Shown: one piece after another, positions 49,332 through 62,367 of the stretch
Numbering within the stretch: the first letter of the stretch is position 1
Layout: each line of letters begins with the position of its first letter
Assembly (NCBI GenBank): GCA_036785375.1
Contig: JAWMAR010000263.1
Span: 992,001 to 1,056,000 of the forward strand
DNA length: 64,000 bases
Direction: 5' to 3'
From: Leucoraja ocellata
Lineage: Eukaryota
The notes under the pieces: model-generated
What the model saw: the letters and a program-made list of their open reading frames with translations, nothing else
Database searches by the model: none
Told to the model about the DNA's origin: nothing
Translations under genes and position numbers: made by a program

Positions 49332-50006
49332 TGTCACAGTCTGCCCTCTCCTCATTCTCATCCACTTCACCTCCCAGTACTTTTCCACCAGTCCCTCCTT
49401 CTCCTCACCTGCCTGCCTGCCACTCCCCTCTCATCAGCCCAACTCTCCTCACCTGTTGCACTCAGTTGCCTCTGATCACCTATTAACCCGGTATATAGAC
49501 TCTCACCGTTCACACAGTGCCAGATTGTTCTCAGCATTCATGCAAGACTCTCCAGCGATTTCCCGACTGCCTACACGGATTCGAACCTGCCTGCCCCTGA
49601 CCATTCCGTCCTGTCGTCTTCCTGGATATCACCTCAGCCTTCTGTCCCCGACCATGGCCTTCGTCCCGTACCTCCTGGTTTCTGTCTGCCTCTCTCCTGG
49701 GCTGTTTGGTGTATCCCTGCAACGGCTCCTCGACTTCCTGCCTGGCTTCGACTCTCCTTTTGTCTGTCCTTCGCTGGTTTGTTTGCATTGTGTGTTGGAT
49801 CTCCTGGTTACTGGACCTTCCACTACCCTGACTAAGTCTCCTGCCTGCCCCTCTTCGGAACCCTCGCTCAATCCTGAGCCTCTGTGTGAGTACGGTGTAC
49901 CCATTCCTGTGTTACTGCTCTGTGTTACAGTAGCGTAATAAAGTTAATTACCAATTATACCTGCCTGATTCTGTGCAGCTATTGGGGCCAAGCAATACCC
50001 GTTACA
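49332..50006 (+). mobile_element. Solo LTR (675 bp)
   Basis: TGTCACA...GTTACA ends; 5-bp TSD ctggg (49327-49331, 50007-50011); tatata near 49492; aataaa near 49937. Confidence 0.8.
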
Positions 50007-51546
50007 CTGGGAGATTTATCCATCTCATCCTCCATAGAATGTCCAGCACCTCCTTGACTGTAACAAACTGTCCTCAAAGCATCTCCATTATCTATCCCAA
50101 GGTCCCCAAGTTGGGTGCATGGATGTGGTTATGCAATGCTGCTTATAGTTTATTTTCTGTTACTATTGACAGGTAGTTGAGGCAGGTACTATCGTAATGT
50201 TTTAGAAACATTTAGATAGGTACATGGATAGGACAGGTTTAGAGGGATATGGGGCAAATGCAGGAAGGTGGGACTAGTGTAGATGGGACATGATGGCTAG
50301 TGTGGGCAAGTGGGGCTGAAGGGCCTGTTTTCATGCTATAAGGGACTAATTTTGACATAAAAACCAGGAAGTGATCAAAAAGTAAGTGATCGAGGTAAGT
50401 GATGAATTGTAGCTAAAGCTTGGAAGACATACATCATTGTTAAACTGGGCAGTTTATGGTAAGGGTGTACATAATAAAACTGTCATTTTAAAAGATAACC
50501 AGGTAAGAATGTACATACAGTACCTGCATACCAGACTGCTGGCAAACGAGTAACCTTGGCAAGCATACAACTGGAAGGGACTTGCACTTAATTTGCCAAT
50601 GAGACAGTCACCAATTGCATTGTGGTGAAAGCAGTCAAATGCCATTGTAGATTAGCATCTAGTTGCACAACAATATTGAGCTTATTTCAGCGTTTGCCCT
50701 GTTAGGCAGCTTGGCAGGAAGAGGACAAGAAAGATTGATTCGAGCAATTTGACTGTTTTGTTATGGTAATCGCCCATAGCCGGCATATTATAACACAACC
50801 TAGACCTGTCATGGGGAAAGGTATAACTTATGTTTAAGATATGCCCGAGAAATTAGAGTCAATCTAAGTTTAAAACGTATTAAATGCAATGAAGTTTGGT
50901 ATAAAAATGCATAATTGTTTAAATTATAGAACGTTCAATATTCACTGAAGTACTAAGTTACCCTGCTGCATGTATAACCTTGCCTAATCTGATTTGTCTG
51001 GATGTAACGCTTGCTTGCCCTCAAAGTGACAGATTTTCCTCACAAGGTTTTTAGTGATATGAGCTGGTAACTGATGCTGAAATCAGCGGTCATTCTTTGC
51101 TGTAAGGAGCACTGGTTGAGGAAGCACTGTTAAGATAAAGTTTATAATATCACCTTCATGATTTCTTTTGTTCTTTCATCAATGTGTAAGGGAAACCATA
51201 ATTTCTAAACTCCACAGGTGCAAGCAAGCAATGCTAGAGTTTCAATAAGCAACATGACATCAGTAATATAATGTCTTGGGAGACTGATAGATTGTTCACT
51301 CTTAAATGTGTTTCTGTGGTAACTTATTCCTGATATATTTCCTTTATTTTCTTCCTGTGGAATTACCATTTAATTTCTATAAAGCATAATCACATTCCCT
51401 TGTTTCCAGCGATGTGGAAGAGCATTTAATTTCAAAGTCATTGCAAATATTTTTGATGAACATGTTAAAAATAACAGATCAAATACTCAAAGCTACTGCT
51501 AGTTGTCATTGCATATGAAGGTGTCATATCTACAAGAAATAGTTAA

Positions 51547-51885
51547 GAGTGTAGGAAGGGATTGCAGATACTAGTTTACACTGGAGATAGATACAAAATG
51601 CTGGAGTAACAGCGGGACAGGCAGCATCTCTGGATAGAAGGAATAGGTGACATTTCAGGTCGGTTCTGAAGAAGGGTCCTGACCCGAAACGTCACCCATA
51701 TAACAATTACAGCACGGAAACAGGCCATCTCGGCCCTTCTAGTCCGTGCCGAACACTTATTCTCCCCTAGTCCCATCTACCTGCACTCAGACCATAACCC
51801 TCCATTCCTTTCCCGTCCATATAACTATCCCATTCCATTTATTCAGAGATGCTGAGTTACACCAGCATTTTGTGTCTATCTTCTT
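51547..51885. mobile_element. Inverted pair of short Penelope-derived elements interrupted by a CR1 tail
   Basis: Intact ctgaagaagggtcctgacccgaaacgtc at 51666-51693; CR1 3' UTR (minus strand) at ~51697-51835. Confidence 0.75.
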
Positions 51886-53232
51886 AGAAATAGTAAGAGT
51901 ATACTTATTTTAATTCAGAGTTATTTCCAGTAATAAAGAGGAAGACGATTGGACTTTTTTGCCTTCCATCACAGTGAGGAATGTGGGGAATCCGCTGTGG
52001 TGGATGTTTATGTTAACTTTTATGTAGTTGTGTGTCTTGTTGCTTTTTTTTCGTATGGCTGTATGGCAATTCACATATCACTGTACCTTAATTGGTACAT
52101 GGGACAATAAAAGACCTTTGAAACCTTTAATTTGAACTCATTTAAAAATAGATTATTATCAGCATATAAACTAATGAGCAATACTTAATCTGTAGCTACA
52201 GGTAGTTTGTGAGCCTTAGTACTGAATTTGCTCCAAATGCCTATCACATCCATTAAATATGGAAACTGATTAATGCCGTGAATTCCTAAACAGAGATTTT
52301 CAAGTTACAACTTCTCTCTGTAATAACACGGCTAGACCGAGTCTGTGAAATGTTTGTCCATTTTAACTTAGATATGAATTTCATTGACATTGGTTATCTA
52401 AAAATTCACCAGTGATCAGTAGTGCTAAATGCACTCTGTGTTAGTAACAGCACATTGGAGGAGGCAGACAATAAATCATTACTGTAAACAGATGGAGTTT
52501 TTAGCATGACTGGCTGGGTATGAATTTCTAACAACCTGATTTGCTCATTTTGCACCTGCTACTTGCATATAAAACTCACCAAATATACCTTCAGAAACCC
52601 AAATTCATATTTACCGCTGAAAAATATGGGATATTTGATGCACCAAATCTGACCTGCGGGCATTTCTTTTATTGCAACACTCAAATTGCAAACAAGATGA
52701 ATATGCTGGCTCAGACCATCCCTTCATACCGGGTCTATTTTGATGATTTATTATGATTTGGGGGCGGTAGTGGATAGCACTTGTGATATGCTCACTACTA
52801 TGACCCTGATGCACTTCTGGACAGTCTTTGGCGTCTCCTGTTGGGGTCAGCGCAATATTATGGTCCTCAACATCCAAACAGACAAAACCCAATGGATATA
52901 TCTGCAAAGTAGATTTTTGCTTCAGATTTATTTGTAACCCCCTTGAAGTCAATAGCCTCAAACTGACGTCATGTTCCCTGGATGCTGTTATTATCCACAG
53001 CGTATCCAAGACTCCAGTCATTAAGAACAGAGTGTATTAAGGGTCACAAGTGTCGGAGTAACTTAGCGGGTCAGGCAACACCTCTGGAGAACATGGATAG
53101 GTGATGTTTTGGATCGGGACCTTTCTGTAGACTGATTGACTATAAAGGTTTTTGTTATCGTACCAGTGCTCAATCCTCTCACTCAATAACTATAACTCTA
53201 CTCTCTACAGTAACTAACATAGAGACAGTAAG

Positions 53233-53361
53233 TGTTTAAGAAGGAACTGCAGATGCTGGAAAATCGAAGGTACACAAAAATGCTGGAGAAACTCAGCGGG
53301 TGCAGCAGCATCTATGGAGCGAAGGAAATAGGCAATGTTTCGGGCTGAAACCCTTCTTCAG
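53233..53361 (-). mobile_element. Short Penelope-derived element
   Basis: Near-identical to 9641-9771; flanks atagagacagtaag / atagagatagtaag. Confidence 0.82.
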
Positions 53362-56357
53362 ATAGAGATAGTAAGATATATTTTAGCATTTAGAATCTGC
53401 TCTGTCATTGAATGAGAATAAGGATGACCTTTATTTAGCTCCATCTTGGCTTACAAAGAAGCAGGCATAAAATTACTAGCTAAGCCAGACATATTCAGCT
53501 TGGTATTCTATCATGTGAAAATCAGGATTGAGCTGTACAGATATATGTGGAGAAGGCATTAGGAGGACTGTTATTCTCACAACTTTTGAGAAGCGGGACA
53601 GAACCACACAATAAAATAATCATGCATGGGTTCTGATGGAGTAAGTTTGATTGGCCAATTTTTTTCATTCTGAAATTTCTTATGCACCAAAGAGCTATCC
53701 GGAAACTCCAAAAAGCCAAAAATATTTGCCTTTTGAAATCTACCATTCTGAAGTAGATATACATTACAAGTTTCTAAACCAGTGGCTAGTTTGTTGAATG
53801 GTTTGTTTCATGGAGTGTGATTTTCTGGTCAGAGGTTAAGACGCCACTACTCGATCTGTCTGCAGAACACATATATCACATCAGTGGATTATTGAACCAG
53901 TATGTACCAGCACAGAAACCAGACAGAAGCCTATATGAAAATAGAGTGAAGTGGTAACAGGCCACTTCACACCAGTGGGAAACTAAGTATGGGAATCAGA
54001 TCTGTTTTGTACAATTACCAAATATTATTAAACACAACAGCCGGCAGCTCAACTCAGTTTCTTCTCAGATGGACAAAGGGTTCCACAGATACATTAATGG
54101 ATTGCCACAGCTGTTATAGTTAGGTTTATAGTCCTATTTTATTTAAATATGCTTTTCTCCTTTCATAGTGCCTCCAGTAACTATAATCTAGACATAAAGA
54201 TATAATTCCTGCTGCAGGAAGGTAAATGCAAAATATAATGCTAGTTATATTAATTCATAAAGTTGAAATAAATTAAACATGGTAGTATGTTCAATCTGAA
54301 AAGTAGAGCATTTTTGATATTTTTGTACATCCGTCAATGTAAATCACTTCAGAGATAAGTTATCACGGTGACTTTATCGCTATCAAAGTACTGTATACTA
54401 ACTATATGGAGCTAATTTGATGACTCTAAATTAAGTTTTAAATGGTAGAAGCAGAATTGTCTATTTGCCAATAACGATTCCTTTAGCAAGAACCTGGGTG
54501 TGATTATTATAACATTGACTTGCCTTATGCAACAATTAATGAACATTTACATGAGAGAATAACGTTTTGCTTCAGCAACAGCCCCTGAAAAAAAATCTTT
54601 TGTTTAATACCTCTAAAAATGTAATTATTATTGAGGATTATTCTTGTCTGTCGTGCGGGTTAAGTCTCTCTCTAGTTATTTGTGGCAGTAATATTGATGG
54701 CCCATGCAGTGCCTGATGTTTTGAGATCGGCACAGAAGTATTGACAGTTGAGACATTAGTCCTGTAAGTTTGTTGAGTAATTACTGGGAGATCTATGGTG
54801 CATTCAATTTTAGGACAAATCTTTTCTTCAATGGAAGAATTCTATGAAATAAAAATGCTGAATAATGCAACATGATAATTGATGATGTAAAGCAATAGAC
54901 TTTTGCTACATGCCATGATAGATGATAATAATACTCAGAAAAATCATTTCCCATTGACAGAGCATGATTTTATGAACAGTTTAAAGTTTACCGTTGCCTG
55001 TACACCAATATTCCCATGTTGTCAAGTGCATAATCTGTATTCTGACTCCATAACAAAGGCATATCTTCAACCAATTCTACAGTATATATATATATATATA
55101 TATTGTTCAACTCTGCAAATTCACAAGGCAAGCATGCCACCGACATGCACGCATAAGCATCTGAGTGCCAATTAAGCATTCAGAATTTGATTTTCATATT
55201 TTCTGAATTTCTGAAACAATCGATGCACTTTCTTCATTGATAAATCTGTGTTTCCTGCTACAGCGATTTTGTTTTCCCACTGCTTTGTCCTAATTAAATT
55301 TGGTGGTGAACTGAGGCAAACACCAAGTATATATTGGATTAAAGGCATCTGTATAATGTTAGTGAACTGGGAATGCAAAGAGTAAGCTCAAATCTCACTT
55401 GGATCAATAAATCTAAAGTAAACTGTTGGTATCTGTGCAGGTATAGGAGCTTGTGAAGCCGTTAAACTTGCAAAGATCCCAGTGTGTTCACTAATCTCCT
55501 TACCTGGTGTGGTCTAGACCTTTCTCAAGTTCCACACCATTACAATTTGCTCTTTAACTGCCCCTATCTGAGCGGTGCTGGTAATGGCCATTCATCTCAT
55601 TGAGGCTCCAGAATGCAATTCTCTGCTGCTGCTGCTATGTGACTTATGTCTATTATCACATCAGATAGGGGTGAGCTGGTGAGGTGGAATGACTGCTCTC
55701 TGTGAACAAAATTGCTCTGGGCTTCTGCTACCCCGACTATTTCCTTTGAGATTTGGTCATTGTCAACCGAATCAAAGAAGAACAGCCCACCAAAGATGAT
55801 GGGGTTCGTAAAACATTTTACAAGTACAAGGAGCACTTGAAGACCTGTTTTATGGTGCCATAAATCAAACTGGTAGAAAGAGGCATTTACTGTAACTCAC
55901 TGAAAGGTCTAATAGCAAGCAGAGACTGTAAATACATTCTTAAGTGGCATTTAATGGATTCCGTGTCCGGTTTAAAATAATAGAGAATGCTCTATAATTA
56001 CCGAGACCTTCTGAAACATCTGTTTTAAGTTTTTTTTTGCAGTTGTGCTTATTCCTGTTTGATAGTCTTTGATGGGGAAAAAAAAATTGTGTGCATTTGT
56101 TTAGATGTTGGTCTGTTTTTGTGTTTGTTTCCTTATGACATAGAAGGAGGCCATTTGGCTCATGAAGTCTATTGCAGGTTTCAGAACAAACCCACTCTCC
56201 CACCTATATTCCCTTCACCTGCACACTCATAATTGCCGATCCAAGAGAAGACTTTGATCTTCGCACCAGACCTACAGTGAGACTAAATTATAGGAGCCTA
56301 TTCAACAAACAACTAGTATATTTTTGGGATGTCGGAAGAAATCAGAGCACATGGAGG

Positions 56358-56662
56358 CAGTGGGGGGGGGGGGGGGGGGGGGGCAGTGGGGCGGTTGCCC
56401 CGGGCGCTAAATTTTTAGGGGTGCAAAAAAATTGTTGCTCCGTGGCCAGGCCGCCGATGTCGCTGTCCCCGCTCCGAGGCCAGGTCGCCGCCCCAGCTCC
56501 GTGGCCAGGCCGCCGCTGCTGCTGCTGCCGCCGTCCCAGCCATCGCCCCCGCCCTACACCCACCCACGCCCGCCCCAGCCCCGCCCCCCCCCCCCCCCCG
56601 CTAATGAGGAGGCGCAAAACTTTAAACTGCCCCAGGCGCTCAAAACCCACCCTACGCCACTG
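56358..56662. mobile_element. hAT-like MITE
   Basis: cagtgg...ccactg ends; 8-bp TSD catggagg; sits in a minus-strand SINE remnant. Confidence 0.8.
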
Positions 56663-56724
56663 CATGGAGGAAACCCATAGGGAGAACATGCAAACTCCGC
56701 ACCAGAAGCCAGAATGGAGCCTTA

Positions 56725-57358
56725 AGGGCCTGTCCCACTTACGTGCCCTTGACACGCAAATTACGCAATTTCATGTGTACGAACAGTCGTCTGGAGCACG
56801 TGACGTCATTTGAAGATGGACACAAAGCTGGAGTAGCTCAGCGAGACCAGCAGCATCTCTGGAGAGAAGGAATGGGTGATGTTTCATGTCGAGACTCTTT
56901 TTCAGTCTGAAAAGAAGGGCCTTGACCCGAAACGTCACCCATTCCTTCTCTCCAGGGGTGCTGCCGGTCCCGCTGAGTTGCTCCTGCATTTTGTGTCTAT
57001 CTTCAATTTTCTTGGCCCCGCTCTGGAAGTGGGAGTGGGAGTGGGGCGGATCCAGACCGCAACGGCCGTGAGCTCCAGGCCGAGTTCGGCGATCGTTTGC
57101 CTGATTCTGCTGCTGTTGAAGGTGAGACATTGCGTCGCACCAGGGTCTTGGCCCTGTCCCACCTTGGCCGTCAGTTATGCGACAGGCCGTTGGCACGCGA
57201 AGATTTCGGAGCCCCACGCGATGTCGTGCACAACTACATACCCCTCCGTGCTGCTCAATGGGACCGGCCCCGCATGGCCACACAATGCCCGTGCACCTCA
57301 ACGTGACCACGAGGTCGAGTAATTTGCATGCCAAGGACACGTAAGTGGGACAGGCCCT
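56725..57358. mobile_element. Harbinger-like MITE containing an inverted Penelope-derived pair (~56810-57003)
   Basis: TIR agggcctgtcccacttacgtg; TTA TSD. Confidence 0.88.
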
Positions 57359-58529
57359 TTAGTTGCTGGAATTGTGAGATGCCTTGCCCCCCAAGATCAG
57401 GCTCAAGATCGGACAGGAAGACGAGCATTTAGGTAAAGTGTTTAATGAATTGTTAATTGAGATTGATTCTTGTACTTGAGGAAGGCACGCAGGCTAATTT
57501 TGTGGCTGTTTTTGAGCTGACGTCACAGGACCTTGAAACTTCCAACTAAACCAAAACTGGCTGTTAGAATGGTAATTTAATATTTCATTTGCAGGATGAT
57601 ATTTCAAACCATGCAGCATTTCGAACTATGCACTGACTTGAGTATCATCCTGCTTTAATAACATAAACTTAGATTATGGCACCAACCCACTGCAAGATGG
57701 CGAGGTACGACTGTTACCAATTTGAGTCACATAGGTTTTCTAATCCTTTTTTTGTTACTTTGGAGGGATATTTTGTTTTAAGACTTGGGATAAATCTTCA
57801 TTCCCTGTTCTGCACCATTTCTGAAAAATGTTTTAGTTTTGTAACATGATGTCTAAAGCTGAATTTCAAGTTCTGAATGGTCTAACTGTCTTTAGACTTT
57901 AGCATGCAGCATGGAAACGGACCCTTTGGCCCATCGAGTCTGCGGCGACTCACTGTAGCATTTTAAATTAAAATGCCACAGTGAGACTATAGGTACACTG
58001 AGAAGGAAGGCCGTTCAATGTGGGAAAGCAACAATCCTCTTCATGTGCGTTTTCCATGACTGATATTTAAGTGGGGATTGCTAAGGAGAATGCTAGCCTG
58101 TGGCTTGTGCATTTAAAGATTTCTATAATTTTTGAGTTAAACTGTATTATCTATGATGCCCGTATATAACCAGTCATACAGCTGTGTGTTTCTGTTTCTA
58201 TTCTGATGCTTGGACTTGTACAATATGACCTCTTATGCGTAATTCAGTAAACCATAGCATTTTAATTTAAATTATTGAGCAAAATATACCTCATTTGAAC
58301 AATTCCTCATCATACTTAAAGAGGCGATGATTCATTTAGCAGTTTGGTCCAAAACCATTGTATATAATATTTTCTAATTACCACAGCTCCATGTGTTAAT
58401 AATTATAGAACCCCGATGTAAGGATATTCTTTTCCAATCATTTGTCTAACTGAAATATCACAGTTGATGTATTAAAATTAAATAATTTCAATGTTTTTAT
58501 TAAATTTCTCTCTTTGAGTGCTGAAGTTA

Positions 58530-58787
58530 AGGGCCTGTCCCACTTGGGCGTAATTTGCGCGTAATTTACGCTACATCATTTACGAGTCACGATGCGTGTG
58601 TCGTGCAGCGCAAGTGACGCGCGCATGTTGTGCATTACGTGCGCATGGTGCACATTACGCGCGCATGGTGCGTGGTGACATAGGCAGTGACGTGCGGTTG
58701 CGCGCAGTGCCCAAGGATTTTGGGATGTACAAAAATTTGCGCGCCATCTGCGTGACACGCAAATGATGTCCAAGTGGGACAGGCCCT
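58530..58787. mobile_element. Harbinger-like MITE
   Basis: TIR agggcctgtcccacttgg; TTA TSD. Confidence 0.88.
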
Positions 58788-59369
58788 TTACTATTGATTT
58801 CAATGACCACTCAACAGATTCCTGAGAAGTAAAAAGTAGTGAACAAAATAATCAGTTTATTCAAGTGTTCTGAAACACATTTCTAAATAAGCATAGACAG
58901 AGAAATAATGTATTTGGGAGTGAGAGAATATCTTGTACCATTGGATCTTTCTTCTTTCTGTGAGGTCTCTTATTTTGGTTCATGAAGTGAACTATTTTCC
59001 TTGTTTGCTCATTTCACAACTTCAAAACCCTTTAGCGTATAAAGCAGCAAACGAGCTTGTCGTGTGCTGAGAAAATGGACGTCATGGAAATATTCAGTAA
59101 TTTCCACACCTGATTTAGTCAAATGGAATAGTCCTGAAGACATTTTATTTCCCTTGTACAGGATGGAATGATTTTGAAAGGGATACTCCTCCTTTGTGGA
59201 AATGACATGAATAGAGTTAATCCTCTAATTTTCCTCAAAATCCATGAAATAAACATCATGTGGGTAAATTCAAGTGGGCAATGCTTCATTATTTCCATGC
59301 AGTTGATAACATTGACTCAGTCCTAGTTGTTTTATAATAAATGGTTGCACAAGATGTAACTAGGAAATG

Positions 59370-59835
59370 GTTAACAAGGTTAATTCCCGGGATGGTGGGA
59401 TGAGAGAATGAAACAGCTGGGCTTGTATACTCTGGGGTTTAGAGGGATGAAATGAGATCTCATTGAAACATATAAGATTGTTAAGGGCTTGGACACGCTA
59501 GAGGCAGGAAACATGTTTCCGATGTTGGGGTGGTCCAGAACCAGGGGCCACAGTTTAAGAATAAGGAGTAAGCCATTTAGAACGGAGCCGAGGAAACACT
59601 TTATCTCACGGAGTGGTGAGTCTGTGGAATTCTCTGCCTCAGGGGGCGGTGGAGGCAGGTTCTCTGGATGCTTTCAAGAGAGAGCTAGATGGGGCTCTTA
59701 AAAATAGCTGAGTCAGGGGATATGGGGAGAAGGCAGGAACGGGGTACTGATTGGGGATGATCAGCCATGATCTCATTGAATGGCAGTGCTGGCACGAAGG
59801 GCCAAATGTCCTACTCCTGCACCTATTGTCTATTG
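59370..59835 (+). mobile_element. CR1 3' fragment
   Basis: SRTRGHSLRIRSKPFRTE; (ctattgt)n tail. Confidence 0.88.
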
Positions 59836-60230
59836 TCATAAGATAACTTTTATTTGTTGCATTCTATCAATATTCCTTTGAGTTGTTTACAGAAGGTTCC
59901 ACCTGGACTGTTTTGATGAATGTTGCCCAACTAGAACTACTTAAAACTAATGTCAACCCCGATATGAATGAAAGGTGCAAATATTGCAAGGCCTTACAGA
60001 GTACGCCACTGTCACTTATCCGAAATATGATTTCTAACATGTTCCCAAAGGTGAGAGGGGCCATTAACAAAACGGAAAGGCAACACAGCCATTTGTAGGG
60101 AGGCTACTATGTAATGAAGCAGAGTTTTTGCATGATTAATAACTAAACAACTTTTTACATTGACCTTTATTATTAAATCTTCGACGATCCTAATTTTCTT
60201 TGCCTGTTCTGATCTCAACTCTGTTTCTCC

Positions 60231-60446
60231 TGCCCCTGTCCCACTTATGAAACCTGAACGGAAACCTCTGGAGACTTTGCGCCCCACCCAAGGTTTCCAT
60301 GCTGTTCCTGGAGGTTCCCAGAGGTTTTTGTCAGTCTCCCAACCTGCTTCCACTACCTGCAACCGCCGGGAACCGCACGGAAACCTTGGGTGGGGCGCAA
60401 AGTCTCCAGAGGTTTCCGTTCAGGTTTCCTAAATGGGACAAGGGCA
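60231..60446. mobile_element. Hairpin MITE with ~85-bp TIRs (ctgtcccactt family)
   Basis: gaaacctgaacggaaacctctggagactttgcgccccacccaaggtttcc mirrored at 60378-60428. Confidence 0.8.
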
Positions 60447-60681
60447 TAATAGCCAGCTATCATAATTAAAATATGAAAATGCAAAGAAATGCAAATCTTG
60501 AAAAATTGAAATCCTGAAGGGCTTGTTCTGATATTTATTCATCTTGGGTTGATATTTCTTGGCTCTCTGTTCAGCCTGACAGAGGAGCGGAAGATCTGAA
60601 CCAACTATCTCCCTATGTCAGTGTGTAGGAAGGAACTGCAGATGCTGGTTTACACCAAAGATAGACACAAAATGCTGGAGT

Positions 60682-61095
60682 AACATTAGTCAGAACAATC
60701 ACATTTTAAGTAGCTCTTGTTAGGCAGCATCAATCAAAACATTCCAAGTGGAACCTTCTCAACACAACATCCAAGGAATGTTGATAGAAAGCAGCCATTT
60801 ACTAGAAATGATACCGGGAGAGAAGCACAAAATGCTGGAGTAACTCAGCGGAACAGGCAGCATCTCTGGATAGAAGGAATGGGTGACGTTTCAGATGGAG
60901 ACCTTTCTCCAGAGATGCTGCCTGTTCCGCTGAGTTACTTCAGCATTTTGTGCCTCTCTCCCGATATCATTTCTAGTAAATGGCTGCTTTCCATCAATAT
61001 TCCTTGGATTTGTGTTGAGAAGGTTCCACTTGGAATATTTTGATTGATGCTGCCTAACAAGACCTACTTAAAATGTGAATGTTCTGACTAATGTT
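60682..61095. repeat. Long inverted repeat (arms 60682-60870 and 60908-61095)
   Basis: Arms are reverse complements with scattered mismatches. Confidence 0.93.
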
Positions 61096-62367
61096 CTTCA
61101 GAAGCAGTTTCTCTTTAAGGAACAGTTGTTAATTGAAGGAATTTCTTGCACTATTTTCCACAAGGAAGTGCAATTGTATTCAGTTACGAGACGGAAATCA
61201 AATCTGATGGGATTGGTTATATACTGGATCTTTTGAATGACTGTGGCAGCTGGTTGAATGGCGATTGCCTTTGCAATAGCTTCAACATAACATCACCTGC
61301 AACAGCTGCAGGCCAGCTGGTCAAGGTCCCTAAATTTAATGGCCAATCCTTCCTCTATCTCCCTTCCTCACTAGCGTTGGTAAATACATTATTTTCCAGT
61401 GAGCTGCAGAGCTAAGTAGACAGTTAATGTTGGCCTCCATCTTCTGAGTTGATCAGGGTGGCAATCGCTGTGACTTGTTTGACACAGTTGAAAAAAAGTC
61501 AGAGAAAAAGTCAGTCAAAACTCGTCCTTTAAATCACAGCTGCAAGGTTTGGTCACAGTTAATAATCTGCTCGTATATCTGCATATGGACAATGCTCCTT
61601 GGGTGAGATGTCAGAAGGCTGGCAGCGGCATCCTTGAAATGATCACTAACATGAGCAGGAGCAGAAGAGCGAGCTTAAAAACAATCCTGTGTTTAATTTC
61701 ACAATTGAACCACATTGTACACTTGGTTACCCAATGTGGCAAGACTGAGTTTTAAAGCAACCACTTTACGTTTCAGCTTGCCAACTGCTTGAAAAAGATA
61801 CTCTCCTTGCAATATGAGCCCCAAATTGTTACGTTCAGCATTTTAACAGTGCACCATGAGAAAATATCTCAGCAGGATTTGTATTGGGATTTCATGTGAA
61901 GTTTAAGCAGCATTGAGAGGTAAAGAGATTAAAGGTAGTGTCAGCATTTTACATAAATAGCATAATCTCTCAGATTTTTATACGTCACTAATTAATCACT
62001 ATTTTTGCCAGTTAATCACAATCTTTTAAAAATCTATTCTTGATCATTTGTATAATGGGTTTCCAAGTTTTAAATTTTGGCAGAAGATAGACACAAAAAG
62101 CTGGAGTAACTCAGCGGGACAGGCAGCATCTGGAGAGAAGGAATGGGTGACGTTTTGGGCAATTTTGGCAGTTTAAGACCTACCGCCTTCATGTTTGCAG
62201 ACTCACCCGAGTCAGAATGTTTTGGGTTCAACTCTGACTCCAGAGATCTTTCCATTAAAATCTAAACCAGTACTACTGTGCTACACAGACAGTGCTGCAC
62301 AATAGGAGGTTCAGACTTTAGGATGATACACTTAATTGGAGCCTTTTTGCATTCTCAGGTGGGCATA

